From NCBI GenBank assembly GCA_031396165.1, contig JANNKF010000444.1:1-47548 (forward strand): a stretch of 47,548 nucleotides of DNA, given 5' to 3'. A model generated the notes under the pieces. That model made no database searches. It was not told the origin of the DNA and saw only the letters and a list, made by a program, of their open reading frames with translations. Made by a program: the position numbers and the translations under genes. The DNA is from Bacteroidales bacterium. GTDB lineage: Bacteria; Bacteroidota; Bacteroidia; Bacteroidales; VadinHA17. Every line of letters starts with the position of its first letter. The first letter of the stretch is position 1. Below, in pieces: positions 11,431 through 21,668 of this stretch.

Positions 11431-12989
11431 TACTCGTTTATCTTATTGTTATTTTATTAACAGGAGCTTTACTGTCATTAATTGCTGGCAGATGGAAGCC
11501 GGTATTGTCGCGTATCATATCACTAATTGCATTAAGTGTTAACCTGATTATTATTGTATTCATTATTTTACGTCCCGATCAGCTAAAGAGTGGTTGGATA
11601 ACCGATATCAAGTTCGACTGGATTCCTGAGTTCGGCATAAGCCTTCATTTCGCACTTGACGGACTGAGTCTTGTATTATTGGTACTGACATTCTTCCTGG
11701 GGATAATCTCGGTCTTAATTTCATGGAAAGAAATCAGTTCCAGGGTTGGTTTTTTTCATTTCAACCTGCTACTTATTTTAGCTGGAATTACAGGCGTTTT
11801 TCTTTCACTCGACCTCTTCCTGTTTTATTTTTTCTGGGAACTTATGCTGGTTCCGATGTATTTTCTGATAGGTATTTGGGGGCACGAAAACCGTACAGCG
11901 GCTTCAAATAAATTCTTCCTGTATACACAGGCCAGCGGCTTGTTGATGTTTATCTCAATACTGGCACTTTATTTTATTCATGGAAATTCAACCGGAGTAT
12001 ATACTTTCGACTATTTACAATTGCTTGGAACTGAGATGCCTGCCACTGTTTCAATGCTTATAATGTTAGGATTCCTTGCAGCTTTCCTAGTAAAACTTCC
12101 GGTGGTGCCATTCCATAACTGGTTACCTGATGCTCATACTGAAGCACCTACTGCCGGAAGTCTTATTCTGGCCGGGCTGCTCTTAAAAACAGGAGCATAT
12201 GGATTATTCAGATTTATTATCCCATTATTTCCCTCAGCATCAGTTGTTTTTGCTCCGGCAGGAATGCTTCTTGGTGTTATAGGCATCCTCTATGGTGCCA
12301 AACTTGCATTTGCACAAACCGATCTTAAACGGCTCGTGGCGTATACAAGTGTAAGCCATATGGGATTTGTAATACTTGGTGTTTTTTCATTTAACGAACT
12401 TGCCTTCCAGGGTGTTGTGATGCAGATGATTGCTCATGGAATTAGCACCGGGGCATTATTTATTCTTGTTGGCCAGCTCTATGAGCGAATACACACCAGG
12501 GATATAAACAAAATGGGAGGATTGTGGGAGAAGGTTCCTAATATGGGAGTCGTAGGTCTGATATTCTCAATGGCCTCCCTGGGGTTACCCGGTTTGGGAA
12601 ACTTTATTGCCGAACTGCTGATATTGACGGGGGCTTTTAAGGCAAATATTCTGATGTCGTGTCTTGCATGTCTTGGACTGATTGCAGCTACAATATATTC
12701 TTTGAGGATAGTTCAGAAAGTCTTTTTGGGAAGGGAGAATAATGATTGGAAAATAACGGATCTTAATTTACGTGAAAAAATTGTATCAGCCACACTTGTA
12801 ATTGTCATCGTCTGGCTTGGTCTTTTTCCAAAGCCGGTGTTCGGTATTTCAAAACCAGCAATTATAAAAACGCTGGATTCTATGGAAAATATAGATCTGA
12901 ATCAACCTGTCAGTTTAAGCAATTATCCTTCAGAGAAAAGTCTGTTTCACTTTGTCAAAAGCAACCTGGTATTAATGAATAAGATATGA
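11427..12989 (+). CDS. nuoM: NADH-quinone oxidoreductase subunit M
   Basis: FFWELMLVPMY, HNWLPDAHTEAPT, AYTSVSHMG; ATGA overlap with nuoL. Confidence 0.98.
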   Translation: MILVYLIVILLTGALLSLIAGRWKPVLSRIISLIALSVNLIIIVFIILRPDQLKSGWITDIKFDWIPEFGISLHFALDGLSLVLLVLTFFLGIISVLISWKEISSRVGFFHFNLLLILAGITGVFLSLDLFLFYFFWELMLVPMYFLIGIWGHENRTAASNKFFLYTQASGLLMFISILALYFIHGNSTGVYTFDYLQLLGTEMPATVSMLIMLGFLAAFLVKLPVVPFHNWLPDAHTEAPTAGSLILAGLLLKTGAYGLFRFIIPLFPSASVVFAPAGMLLGVIGILYGAKLAFAQTDLKRLVAYTSVSHMGFVILGVFSFNELAFQGVVMQMIAHGISTGALFILVGQLYERIHTRDINKMGGLWEKVPNMGVVGLIFSMASLGLPGLGNFIAELLILTGAFKANILMSCLACLGLIAATIYSLRIVQKVFLGRENNDWKITDLNLREKIVSATLVIVIVWLGLFPKPVFGISKPAIIKTLDSMENIDLNQPVSLSNYPSEKSLFHFVKSNLVLMNKI

Positions 12990-14407
12990 CAGTAACCGAT
13001 TTTTTATGTCTGACTCCATTTCTTATTATTGCAGCAGCACCTGTTGTAATTATGATTGTAATCTCACTCATCCGTAATTACAATGTAGTTTACGGATTTA
13101 CTGTATTCTCTTTATTGCTGGCCTTAAGCTCTCTCTTCCTGATTCTTCCTTCATTACCTCATTCGATTGAACCATTGTTTATTATTGATATCTATAGTCT
13201 GTTTTTTCTCGGCATTATTTTAATTTCTGCTTTACTGGTCACTTTGCTGTCATACGATTATATTAAGCACTCTGAAGGAGTAAGGGAAGAGTACTATTTA
13301 ATATTGTTAATCTCCACTCTTGGAGCAGCGTTATTAGCTGTAACAAATCACTTCATTCTCTTTTTCCTTGGTATTGAGACACTTAGCATTTCCCTCTATG
13401 TTATGATTGCTTACCAGAGAACAAAAAATACTTCCATAGAGGCGGGAATCAAATATCTGATACTAGCTTCAGTGTCTTCCGCATTTCTGTTATTCGGTAT
13501 GGCGCTGATCTACACTGCATTTGGTACCATGCAGTTTTCTTCCATTGTTACTTTATTAAGCAACAATTCATCTTTATCACCTCTTGTTACCGCCGGATTT
13601 ACTATGATGCTTGTGGGTATCGGCTTCAAACTAGCTCTTGTCCCTTTTCACATGTGGACCCCTGATGTATACCAGGGAGCACCCTCACCGGTATCTGCAT
13701 ATATTGCCACAGTATCAAAAGGAGCCGTAATGGCGGTATTGATAAGGCTCTTTTTTAACATGAGGGGTTATGAAAATCAGTATTTGTTTATGGCAATTTC
13801 CGGTATTGCCATACTCTCAATGTTAGTTGGAAATCTTTTGGCATTAAGACAAAAAAACATAAAAAGACTACTGGCATACTCTTCAATTGCCAATATGGGG
13901 TATCTGTTAACAATACTTGCAACAGGAAGCAACAAGGGAATACAGGCATCTGTTTTTTATCTTATTTCATATTTTATTACCACTCTCGGTGCTTTTGGAG
14001 TGATTTCTCTACTTTCAACCTATAAACATGAAGCTGAGAACATTGAAGATTTTAAAGGTCTATTCTGGAAAAGACCATGGATTGCGGTCGTATTTACGCT
14101 TTCCCTTCTCTCTCTGGCAGGAATCCCCATAACTGCAGGTTTCATAGCAAAATTCTATGTGATTTTTGAAGGTATGAAGGCAGGACTTATGGTGCTTGTA
14201 TTCTCACTTATAATAAACAGTGTCATCGGGTTATATTATTATCTCAGGGTTATTACCTCACTGTTTTCATCCGCGAATGAAAAGATACTTCCTGATATTT
14301 CTCTTTCAGGGCGTATTACCCTCGCAATTATCGGAGCAGGGATATTATTATTGGGTGTTTACCCTGGTTGGCTGATCGATTTTATTGTAAGATTTGTAAA
14401 TCTCTGA
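12986..14407 (+). CDS. nuoN: NADH-quinone oxidoreductase subunit N
   Basis: EAGIKY, FKLALVPFHMWTPDVYQGAP, KRLLAYSSI. Confidence 0.98.
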   Translation: MTVTDFLCLTPFLIIAAAPVVIMIVISLIRNYNVVYGFTVFSLLLALSSLFLILPSLPHSIEPLFIIDIYSLFFLGIILISALLVTLLSYDYIKHSEGVREEYYLILLISTLGAALLAVTNHFILFFLGIETLSISLYVMIAYQRTKNTSIEAGIKYLILASVSSAFLLFGMALIYTAFGTMQFSSIVTLLSNNSSLSPLVTAGFTMMLVGIGFKLALVPFHMWTPDVYQGAPSPVSAYIATVSKGAVMAVLIRLFFNMRGYENQYLFMAISGIAILSMLVGNLLALRQKNIKRLLAYSSIANMGYLLTILATGSNKGIQASVFYLISYFITTLGAFGVISLLSTYKHEAENIEDFKGLFWKRPWIAVVFTLSLLSLAGIPITAGFIAKFYVIFEGMKAGLMVLVFSLIINSVIGLYYYLRVITSLFSSANEKILPDISLSGRITLAIIGAGILLLGVYPGWLIDFIVRFVNL

Positions 14408-14566
14408 TCTCATAATCCTTCATTTTTCTATTCAATAAGAGAATTTCCGGGTAACATTCATTATTCGAATGTGATTCCATTTTATTGATTCGATTTCACT
14501 GATAGGGCACAGTGTGAACTCAAGGGACGATTTGGTGTTAATGATATAACAGTAAATATTTATTCA

Positions 14567-15841
14567 ATGATTAATATTCCAGCAACAGATAAGAAAAGAG
14601 TGGTGATAGTAGGTTGCGGATTTGCCGGATTAACGCTTGCCAGAAAACTCCGAAAGACAGGTTATCAGGTAGTTATACTTGACAAACATAATTATCATCA
14701 GTTTCCGCCACTTTTTTATCAGGTTGCCTCTGCAGGACTGGAAGCCAGCTCAATTCTTTTTCCAATCAGAAAGATTTTTCAAAATTATCAGGATTATCAT
14801 ATAAGAAAAGCTGAAGTAATATCTGTTGATTCAGCAAATAATCAAATAATTACCTCAGCCGGAAGTGTTGCTTACGACTATCTTGTACTCGCGCATGGTG
14901 CCACTAATTCTTTTTTCGGATCAGCGGAAATGCGGAAATATTCAAAGGGAATGAAAACAATTGCAGAAGTTCTTGAGCTGAGAAATCACCTTTTGATGAA
15001 TTTTGAAAATTCGCTTGTTGCAGACAACGAAAAAGAGCGTGACAGGCTTCTTAATATTGTCATCATAGGAGGAGGCCCGTCGGGTGTTGAGATCGCGGGG
15101 GCTCTTTCAGAGATGAACAAATATGTGATTCCAAAAGATTTTCCTGAACTTAAAAACATAAAGGCTAAAATTTATCTGATTGAAGCTGCCGGCCGGGTAC
15201 TGAATCTGATGACTGCGAAATCTTCTTCGAAAGCACAACAGTTTCTAGAAAAATCAGGCGTACAGGTACTTACCAGCACTAAAGCAGTGGGTTGCGATGA
15301 ATGCACTGTTTTTTTCGATTCGGGACTTAACATAAAAACAAACATGATTATCTGGACTGCCGGGATAAAGGGAAATCTGATTGCCGGTCTCGATCCTGAA
15401 TGTTTTGGAAGAGGAGGCCGGTTGATAGTTGACATAATCAATACAGTAAAAGGGTACACTAATATTTTTGCACTGGGCGACATTTCACTGATGTCAGAGG
15501 GAACATATTTAAACGGACATCCACAGGTAGCGCAGGTTGCAATACAGCAGGCAAAGACATTATCGGTAAACCTTGCAAGAATGAAAAGCGGTAAAAATCC
15601 AATTGAATTCCGGTACCGTGATCTTGGAACAATGGCAACTATAGGCAGAAACCTTGCTGTTGTGGAATTGCCTTATATTAATTTTCAGGGTATTTTCGGG
15701 TGGTTCGTTTGGATGTTCATTCACCTTATGAGTATCGTCGGGGTAAAGAACAAACTGGTAATATTTATAAACTGGGCCTGGAAATATTTTACTTATGACC
15801 AGTCTACCAGATTGATACTCAGGCCCAGAGATCATACTTAG
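14567..15841 (+). CDS. ndh: Type II NADH dehydrogenase (NDH-2)
   Basis: GCGFAG and GGGPSGVE Rossmann motifs, PLFYQVA, AQVAIQQ, GTMATIGR. Confidence 0.93.
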   Translation: MINIPATDKKRVVIVGCGFAGLTLARKLRKTGYQVVILDKHNYHQFPPLFYQVASAGLEASSILFPIRKIFQNYQDYHIRKAEVISVDSANNQIITSAGSVAYDYLVLAHGATNSFFGSAEMRKYSKGMKTIAEVLELRNHLLMNFENSLVADNEKERDRLLNIVIIGGGPSGVEIAGALSEMNKYVIPKDFPELKNIKAKIYLIEAAGRVLNLMTAKSSSKAQQFLEKSGVQVLTSTKAVGCDECTVFFDSGLNIKTNMIIWTAGIKGNLIAGLDPECFGRGGRLIVDIINTVKGYTNIFALGDISLMSEGTYLNGHPQVAQVAIQQAKTLSVNLARMKSGKNPIEFRYRDLGTMATIGRNLAVVELPYINFQGIFGWFVWMFIHLMSIVGVKNKLVIFINWAWKYFTYDQSTRLILRPRDHT

Positions 15842-15898
15842 ATTTTGCCTTTCGTACTGAGATTATACGTGCCTGATGATATCAAATAATGAATTTAT

Positions 15899-16001
15899 TA
15901 ATATTATTGGCAATCATGAAGAAGATATTACAAACTGCTTGAAAATCAATGCAATTACCCTAGCACCAAGGCCTGCCTGCCGGTAGGCAGGGGAGTAAAT
16001 T
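15899..16001 (-). mobile_element. Partial inverted copy of the ~160-bp MITE-like element, interrupted by a 20-bp palindrome
   Basis: Manual alignment to the reverse complement of 34266-34348 gives 71/83 identity with no gap other than the insert at 15972-15991. Confidence 0.8.
15972..15991. repeat. 20-bp palindrome CCTGCCTGCCGGTAGGCAGG (REP-like insert)
   Basis: Near-perfect hairpin; absent from the two sibling copies, which read CCAAGGGGAG. Confidence 0.85.
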
Positions 16002-16071
16002 AAAATTGGAATTGCAAAGAAATAGGGAAATGATTATTTTGTTACCTCTATTATTCAGTTAAAACCGGAAT

Positions 16072-17886
16072 ATGAATGCTATGCCTTTTGTAATCGGAAC
16101 CATTGCAATTTTTGCTATCGCATACCGGTTATATTTCAGTTTTGTTGCGGCAAAAGTGGCTGTGAAAAATGAGCTGGCACTTACTCCGGCACACACATTA
16201 TATGACGGGCAGAATTATTACCCTATGAACAAATGGGTTTTATTCGGTCACCATTTTGCAGCAATTGCGGGTGCAGGGCCGCTCGTCGGACCGGTTCTGG
16301 CAGCACAGTTCGGATTTATGCCCGGTTTTCTATGGATGCTGATTGGGTCAGTTATGGCCGGTGCAGTTCATGATTTTATTATTCTCACGGCCTCGGTACA
16401 GCACGATGGCAAATCGCTGGCTGCAATAGCAAAGGCTGAGATCAACAAGGTGAGTGGCGCAACTACCTCATTTGCAATAATTCTGATTATTATTGTTGCT
16501 CTGGCAGGTCTGGGACTAGTTGTCGTCAATGCACTGGCTGAGAGCTCATGGGGTACTTTTACAATTGCATCTACAATACCAATAGCCATTATCATGGGCT
16601 TATGGATGTTTAAAATAAGGAAGGGAAAAACTCTCGAAGCTACTATATTCGGAGTAATTATGCTTGTTCTGGCAGTTATCTTAGGACGATATATTCCTGA
16701 TTCACCTTTCGCATCATGGTTCACTTTTGACCATAAAACTCTAACAATAATAATAGCAGTATACGGTTTTTTCGCTTCCGTTCTACCCGTATGGATTCTT
16801 CTTTCTCCACGCGACTATCTAAGTTCCATTATGAAGATTTCTGTCATTGGATTATTGGCCGTAGGATTAATAATTGTAGCCCCTGAGATAAAAATGCCTG
16901 CTTTTACCGATTTTATAAATGGTGGAGGTCCTATTATCCCGGGAAAACTCTTTCCATATCTTTTCATTACGATCGCATGCGGGGCCATTTCAGGTTTTCA
17001 TGCCCTGGTTGGTTCGGGGACTACTCCAAAGATGATTATGAAAGAGTCTCATATAAAGACCATTGCTGTTGGTTCGATGCTAACTGAGGGAGCCGTCAGT
17101 ATAATGGCTCTTATAGCAGCTACAAGCCTTCTTCCTCTCGATTATTTCCAAATAAATGTTCCCATTGATAAGTTTCAGGCGTTACTTCCCCAGCTTAACG
17201 CGATGGGATTTACAGAGTCAAATTTGGATCAACTCTCTACAAGTGTTGGTGAAAAAATTGCAGGCCGCACAGGAGGTGCAGTATCTCTGGGTGTGGGGAT
17301 GGCTTATATTTTCTCATCTATACCAGGAATGAAACATCTGATGTCATACTGGTACCATTTTGCGATTATGTTTGAGGCACTCTTCATCCTTACAACAATT
17401 GACGCAGGAACAAGAATCGGAAGGTTTTTGCTTCAGGAAACTATTGGCAAGGTTTATAAACCATTTCAGAAGACAAACTCACTTCCGGGAAATCTTATAT
17501 CAAGCGGGATAATTGTTTTTGCCTGGGCTTATTTTATTTATACCGGTTCGGTGTCATCTATATGGCCAATGTTTGGAACTGCAAACCAGCTGCTGGCAAC
17601 TATTGCTCTGGCGATTGGTACCTCATTTATAATAAACAGGGGAAGGGCTAAATATGCGTGGGTTACGATTCTTCCAATGATATTTGTGGGAATAACCACG
17701 ATGACTGCTGCTATTCTCAATATAAAAAACATTTACCTGCCACAGGCACAGTCTGAGGAAACTATGCTTCCCGGACTGATAAATCTGATTCTGACTGTAT
17801 CTATTATAATCTGCGTTTTCATTATTTTCTATAACGCAGTCCCAAAATGGATAGCTGGAATAAAAAATAGTGCAAACAGAAGTTAG
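16072..17886 (+). CDS. cstA: Carbon starvation protein A family transporter (peptide/pyruvate)
   Basis: [54 protein letters not shown]. Confidence 0.97.
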   Translation: MNAMPFVIGTIAIFAIAYRLYFSFVAAKVAVKNELALTPAHTLYDGQNYYPMNKWVLFGHHFAAIAGAGPLVGPVLAAQFGFMPGFLWMLIGSVMAGAVHDFIILTASVQHDGKSLAAIAKAEINKVSGATTSFAIILIIIVALAGLGLVVVNALAESSWGTFTIASTIPIAIIMGLWMFKIRKGKTLEATIFGVIMLVLAVILGRYIPDSPFASWFTFDHKTLTIIIAVYGFFASVLPVWILLSPRDYLSSIMKISVIGLLAVGLIIVAPEIKMPAFTDFINGGGPIIPGKLFPYLFITIACGAISGFHALVGSGTTPKMIMKESHIKTIAVGSMLTEGAVSIMALIAATSLLPLDYFQINVPIDKFQALLPQLNAMGFTESNLDQLSTSVGEKIAGRTGGAVSLGVGMAYIFSSIPGMKHLMSYWYHFAIMFEALFILTTIDAGTRIGRFLLQETIGKVYKPFQKTNSLPGNLISSGIIVFAWAYFIYTGSVSSIWPMFGTANQLLATIALAIGTSFIINRGRAKYAWVTILPMIFVGITTMTAAILNIKNIYLPQAQSEETMLPGLINLILTVSIIICVFIIFYNAVPKWIAGIKNSANRS

Positions 17887-17898
17887 CTATTAAAAATC

Positions 17899-18126
17899 AT
17901 GAAAAAATTCTTGTGTTCGCTCATTTTTGTACTTCTCTCAGTCAGTTCTTTCGGGCAAACTTCACATTTCGCAACAAGGGCTTCACAGGTTTTCGTTGAT
18001 ACGACCAGAATTGGTATGGTCAACCGGTCTGAACTTTCTGGTAGATGGGATACTCTGCATTCATTTGCCAAACCCTATATTGGGTTGAGTAGTATTTTAA
18101 TTAAAGAAAATTATAGATATAGTTGA
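17899..18126 (+). CDS. Small hypothetical protein with signal peptide (possibly a truncated remnant)
   Basis: MKK + hydrophobic core + SFG/Q cleavage site typical of Bacteroidetes; AT-rich leader; same strand as neighbours. Confidence 0.5.
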   Translation: MKKFLCSLIFVLLSVSSFGQTSHFATRASQVFVDTTRIGMVNRSELSGRWDTLHSFAKPYIGLSSILIKENYRYS

Positions 18127-18174
18127 TTACAATAGCCATATTACCAATTAATTAATTCAAATTATCATAACTAT

Positions 18175-20805
18175 ATGAAGACATTATTTATTCTGTTATT
18201 TTCATCATCAATTATTTCTCTGAATGCAAAAGATATAGGCTTATATTATAAAAAAGATTCAGGTAAAGTTCAATTTGCAGTAAATGAAATTCAGAAGGCG
18301 TTAAACGAGAAAGGAATTGAAACCGTTAATCATTCAATCTCAGAACTTGATAAGACGCAGGTTAATGAAATAAATATTGTATTGATCAGCAAAAATGATA
18401 AAATAGCTAAGAATCTTATTAAAAAGGCAGGTATTAAAAATGCTGCTGAATTAAAAGAGGAAGGTTTCGTTGTTCAAATAGCAGGCAAGGATCAAAAAAC
18501 GATATATATTTTGGGATATGATGAAGCCGGAACCATGTATGGAGGCCTTGAAGCAGCTGAAATTATTAAAGTTAAGGGGATCGATGCTGTGCAAAACCAG
18601 TTGCAGAACGCATACATGAAGGTTCGCGGAACCAAGTTTAACATTCCGCTCGATATGCGAAGTCCGACTTATACCGAACCCAGCGATGCCGCTCAGAACA
18701 ACATAGACGACATGTGGGACTTCGGGTTCTGGAAGGAATATATCGATAATCTTGCGCGCTACCGATATAACGTTATTTCGTTATGGAACATGCATCCTTT
18801 TCCATCGATGGTGAAAGTGCCTGATTATCCTGATGTTGCTTTGAATGATGTCCGGAAGAGTACCGGCATCTGGAAGGAAAATTATTCACTTAACGGCTGG
18901 GGCTTTGATGCACCGGAGATTATGAAGAGTCATGAAGTAATTAAGAAGATTACTATCGACGAGAAAATTGAATTCTGGCGCAAAGTTATGGCTTATGGCA
19001 AGCAACGAAATGTACAGTTTTACATTGTAACCTGGAATATATTTGTTTATGGAACCGATGGCAAATATGGTATTACGGATAAAGTCGAAAATTCAATTAC
19101 TACCGACTATTTTCGAAAAAGTGTAAAACAAATGGTGCTCACCTATCCTGATCTTGCCGGAATTGGACTTACAACCGGCGAAAATATGTACGACTATACT
19201 GCAACTCAAAAAGAGGAGTGGGCATATGCAACCTATGGACTGGGCGTGGTGGATGCGCTGAAAGAACAGCCTGACCGGAAAATAAATTTTATTCACCGTC
19301 AGCACCAGTCCAAAGCCAGTGAAATCACAAAAATTTTTAAAGGAATCACAGAAAATAAGAACATCAATTTCCTGTTTAGTTTCAAATATGCGCAGGCACA
19401 TGTTTATAGTTCTGTGAATCAGGTTTTTCACCAGGATTTTGTAAAAGATATTCAAAGCGAAAACCTGAAAACACTATGGACACTTCGCAACGATGATAAT
19501 TTCTATTTCAGATGGGGCGCTCCCGATTTTGTCAGAGATTTCATTAAGAATATACCGTACAATGTATCCGAAGGATTTTATTATGGTTCCGACCAATACG
19601 TTTGGGGCAGGGAATTTTTAAGCAAAAACACCACTGGAACACGTGAAATTGAAATTGTAAAGCATTGGTACCAATGGATGTGCTGGGGAAGGCTGGGGTA
19701 TAATCCCGCCATGGGAAATGATCGTTTTGTTGATATCATTCAATCGCGCTTTCCTTCGGTAAATGCCCGGGAAATGTTCGATGCATGGCAAAGTGCATCC
19801 ATGATTTATCCACTTGTTACCGGGTTCCATTGGGGATCCCTTGATTTTCAGTGGTATATCGAGTCGGGCCAATCTCAGCCCTCGGTATCAAAAACGCCCT
19901 CGGGATACCATGACATCAACAACTTTATCAACCTTCCACCTCATAGAGGAACTGAAAATGTCTCTATTCCTGACTATGTTTTGTCTTTTCTTTCAAATAC
20001 CCCTGTAAAAGGAATTACACCACTGCAGGTAGCAGAAAACATCATAAAAAACGCAGACCTCGCATTAAACTGGCCAGATAAACAAAATCCCGTTAACTCA
20101 ACACAGCTTCGTATTACGATTGATGATATCAAAACCATGGCATGGTTAGGTAAATATTATGCACATAAAATTAAGGCTGCCACCTACTTAGCTATTTTTA
20201 GGGAAACACTTCAAAAAGAGTGGCAAAATAAGGCTATCTATGAGTTAAATAGTTCTGCCGCTTATTGGAGACATTATGCAACACTTGGGTTATCTAATTA
20301 CCACAATCCAATATGGACAAACCGTGTGGGCATTGTAGATTGGAAAGAAAACTTTCAGTGGGCACTTTACGAAATTACTTCAAATGGAGGGAAAATAGAT
20401 CTGGCATCGATGAAACCCACATCAGGTGGTACAATACTCGAGGCAGAAGATATCAGTAATATTGCTTCGGTAATTCAGACAAAGGTTAGCGGATTTACAG
20501 GAACGGGTTATTTTGGGAAGGGAGATGACCATATGAGACAGCAGTATAAATGGAGCTACAATGCTCCGGAATCAGGGGAGTATATACTGGAATTCAGATA
20601 CACATTAAATCGTGAAGATGTATTTTTAACATTTTTGGAAGTTAATGAAATAAAGTATAGAGAAATTGAATTCTGGAATACCGGAAATACAGGTGCCTGG
20701 GCTTTTGTGCGCATTACCGCAAATCTTGAAAAAGGTGTTAACACAATCGCCATTTCACCTGAAGACTATGTGATGCTGGATCATTTAAACATCATAAGTA
20801 ACTGA
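18175..20805 (+). CDS. Secreted glycoside-hydrolase-like protein: GH20b/GH67-N-like domain, unassigned core, C-terminal CBM6/CBM35-like domain
   Basis: Signal peptide; EEGF...ILGYDEAGTMYG N-domain motif; LEAED...GFTGTGY...LEKGVNTI...LDHL CBM pattern. Confidence 0.7.
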   Translation: MKTLFILLFSSSIISLNAKDIGLYYKKDSGKVQFAVNEIQKALNEKGIETVNHSISELDKTQVNEINIVLISKNDKIAKNLIKKAGIKNAAELKEEGFVVQIAGKDQKTIYILGYDEAGTMYGGLEAAEIIKVKGIDAVQNQLQNAYMKVRGTKFNIPLDMRSPTYTEPSDAAQNNIDDMWDFGFWKEYIDNLARYRYNVISLWNMHPFPSMVKVPDYPDVALNDVRKSTGIWKENYSLNGWGFDAPEIMKSHEVIKKITIDEKIEFWRKVMAYGKQRNVQFYIVTWNIFVYGTDGKYGITDKVENSITTDYFRKSVKQMVLTYPDLAGIGLTTGENMYDYTATQKEEWAYATYGLGVVDALKEQPDRKINFIHRQHQSKASEITKIFKGITENKNINFLFSFKYAQAHVYSSVNQVFHQDFVKDIQSENLKTLWTLRNDDNFYFRWGAPDFVRDFIKNIPYNVSEGFYYGSDQYVWGREFLSKNTTGTREIEIVKHWYQWMCWGRLGYNPAMGNDRFVDIIQSRFPSVNAREMFDAWQSASMIYPLVTGFHWGSLDFQWYIESGQSQPSVSKTPSGYHDINNFINLPPHRGTENVSIPDYVLSFLSNTPVKGITPLQVAENIIKNADLALNWPDKQNPVNSTQLRITIDDIKTMAWLGKYYAHKIKAATYLAIFRETLQKEWQNKAIYELNSSAAYWRHYATLGLSNYHNPIWTNRVGIVDWKENFQWALYEITSNGGKIDLASMKPTSGGTILEAEDISNIASVIQTKVSGFTGTGYFGKGDDHMRQQYKWSYNAPESGEYILEFRYTLNREDVFLTFLEVNEIKYREIEFWNTGNTGAWAFVRITANLEKGVNTIAISPEDYVMLDHLNIISN

Positions 20806-20914
20806 TAAAAAATTGGGCGAATACTAAAGATTTTGAGTTCCAGACTAACAGTCTGAATTCACCCGGGATTTAAACTTGCAACTATAATTCTTTAATGAAT
20901 ATTATCAACAGAGA

Positions 20915-21622
20915 ATGATAACAATTGGATTTTCAAGAGCTTCTGATGAGGGAAAATATCAACTTTATGTAAAATGGCTCAAAAGCATCGATCCATCGTT
21001 TGAGTATGTAAACTTTTATAAGATGAATACTTCGGATGCACTTGGAGCCCTTGAAAATTGTTCAGGACTCGTTCTTACAGGTGGGGCCGACGTGCACCCC
21101 TCAAATTACGGAAAAGATGAGGAAGTGAATCGTTGTGAGTGTGACCCGGCCCGCGATATTCTCGAATTCGCCCTTATTGAAAAGTCAATGAGCCTTAAGA
21201 TGCCAATTCTGGCTATCTGCCGTGGTGAACAAATCCTGAACGTAAGTCAGGGTGGCGATTTGATAGTTGATATACCTTCTGATCATGGCAAAAAAGTAAT
21301 TCATTCTTCCGACACCGAAAGTCTTGCAAGTCATAGTGTTAGTATTGAAAAGAAAAGTATTCTCTTCCGTTTGATCGGAAAAACAGCTTTTGATATTGTC
21401 TCTGTTCACCATCAGGCAGTGAAAACCCTGGCCCCGTGTTATCGCCCTACAGCTTTTGCAGGCGATGGAATTATTGAAGCATTTGAATGGCTGTATCCGG
21501 AAGGGAAAAGTTACTTAAATGCCGTTCAGTGGCACCCCGAAAAGGGTGATTATTATAATGAATTAAGCCAGATAATTGGTAAGGATTTTATTGAAATGGC
21601 ACATTCATTCGGCATTAAGTAA
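20915..21622 (+). CDS. Gamma-glutamyl-gamma-aminobutyrate hydrolase family (peptidase C26, PuuD-like)
   Basis: LTGGADV, ICRGEQILNV, HHQAV, VQWHPE catalytic triad motifs. Confidence 0.9.
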   Translation: MITIGFSRASDEGKYQLYVKWLKSIDPSFEYVNFYKMNTSDALGALENCSGLVLTGGADVHPSNYGKDEEVNRCECDPARDILEFALIEKSMSLKMPILAICRGEQILNVSQGGDLIVDIPSDHGKKVIHSSDTESLASHSVSIEKKSILFRLIGKTAFDIVSVHHQAVKTLAPCYRPTAFAGDGIIEAFEWLYPEGKSYLNAVQWHPEKGDYYNELSQIIGKDFIEMAHSFGIK

Positions 21623-21668
21623 TTATTTAGTGTTACAAGCTATTTTTAATTTGTGCAGGAGGAATAAT

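Noticed and set aside
20831-20860. Small hairpin CAGACT-AAC-AGTCTG after the hydrolase gene
   Set aside because: Weak stem with no following U-tract; cannot be called a terminator
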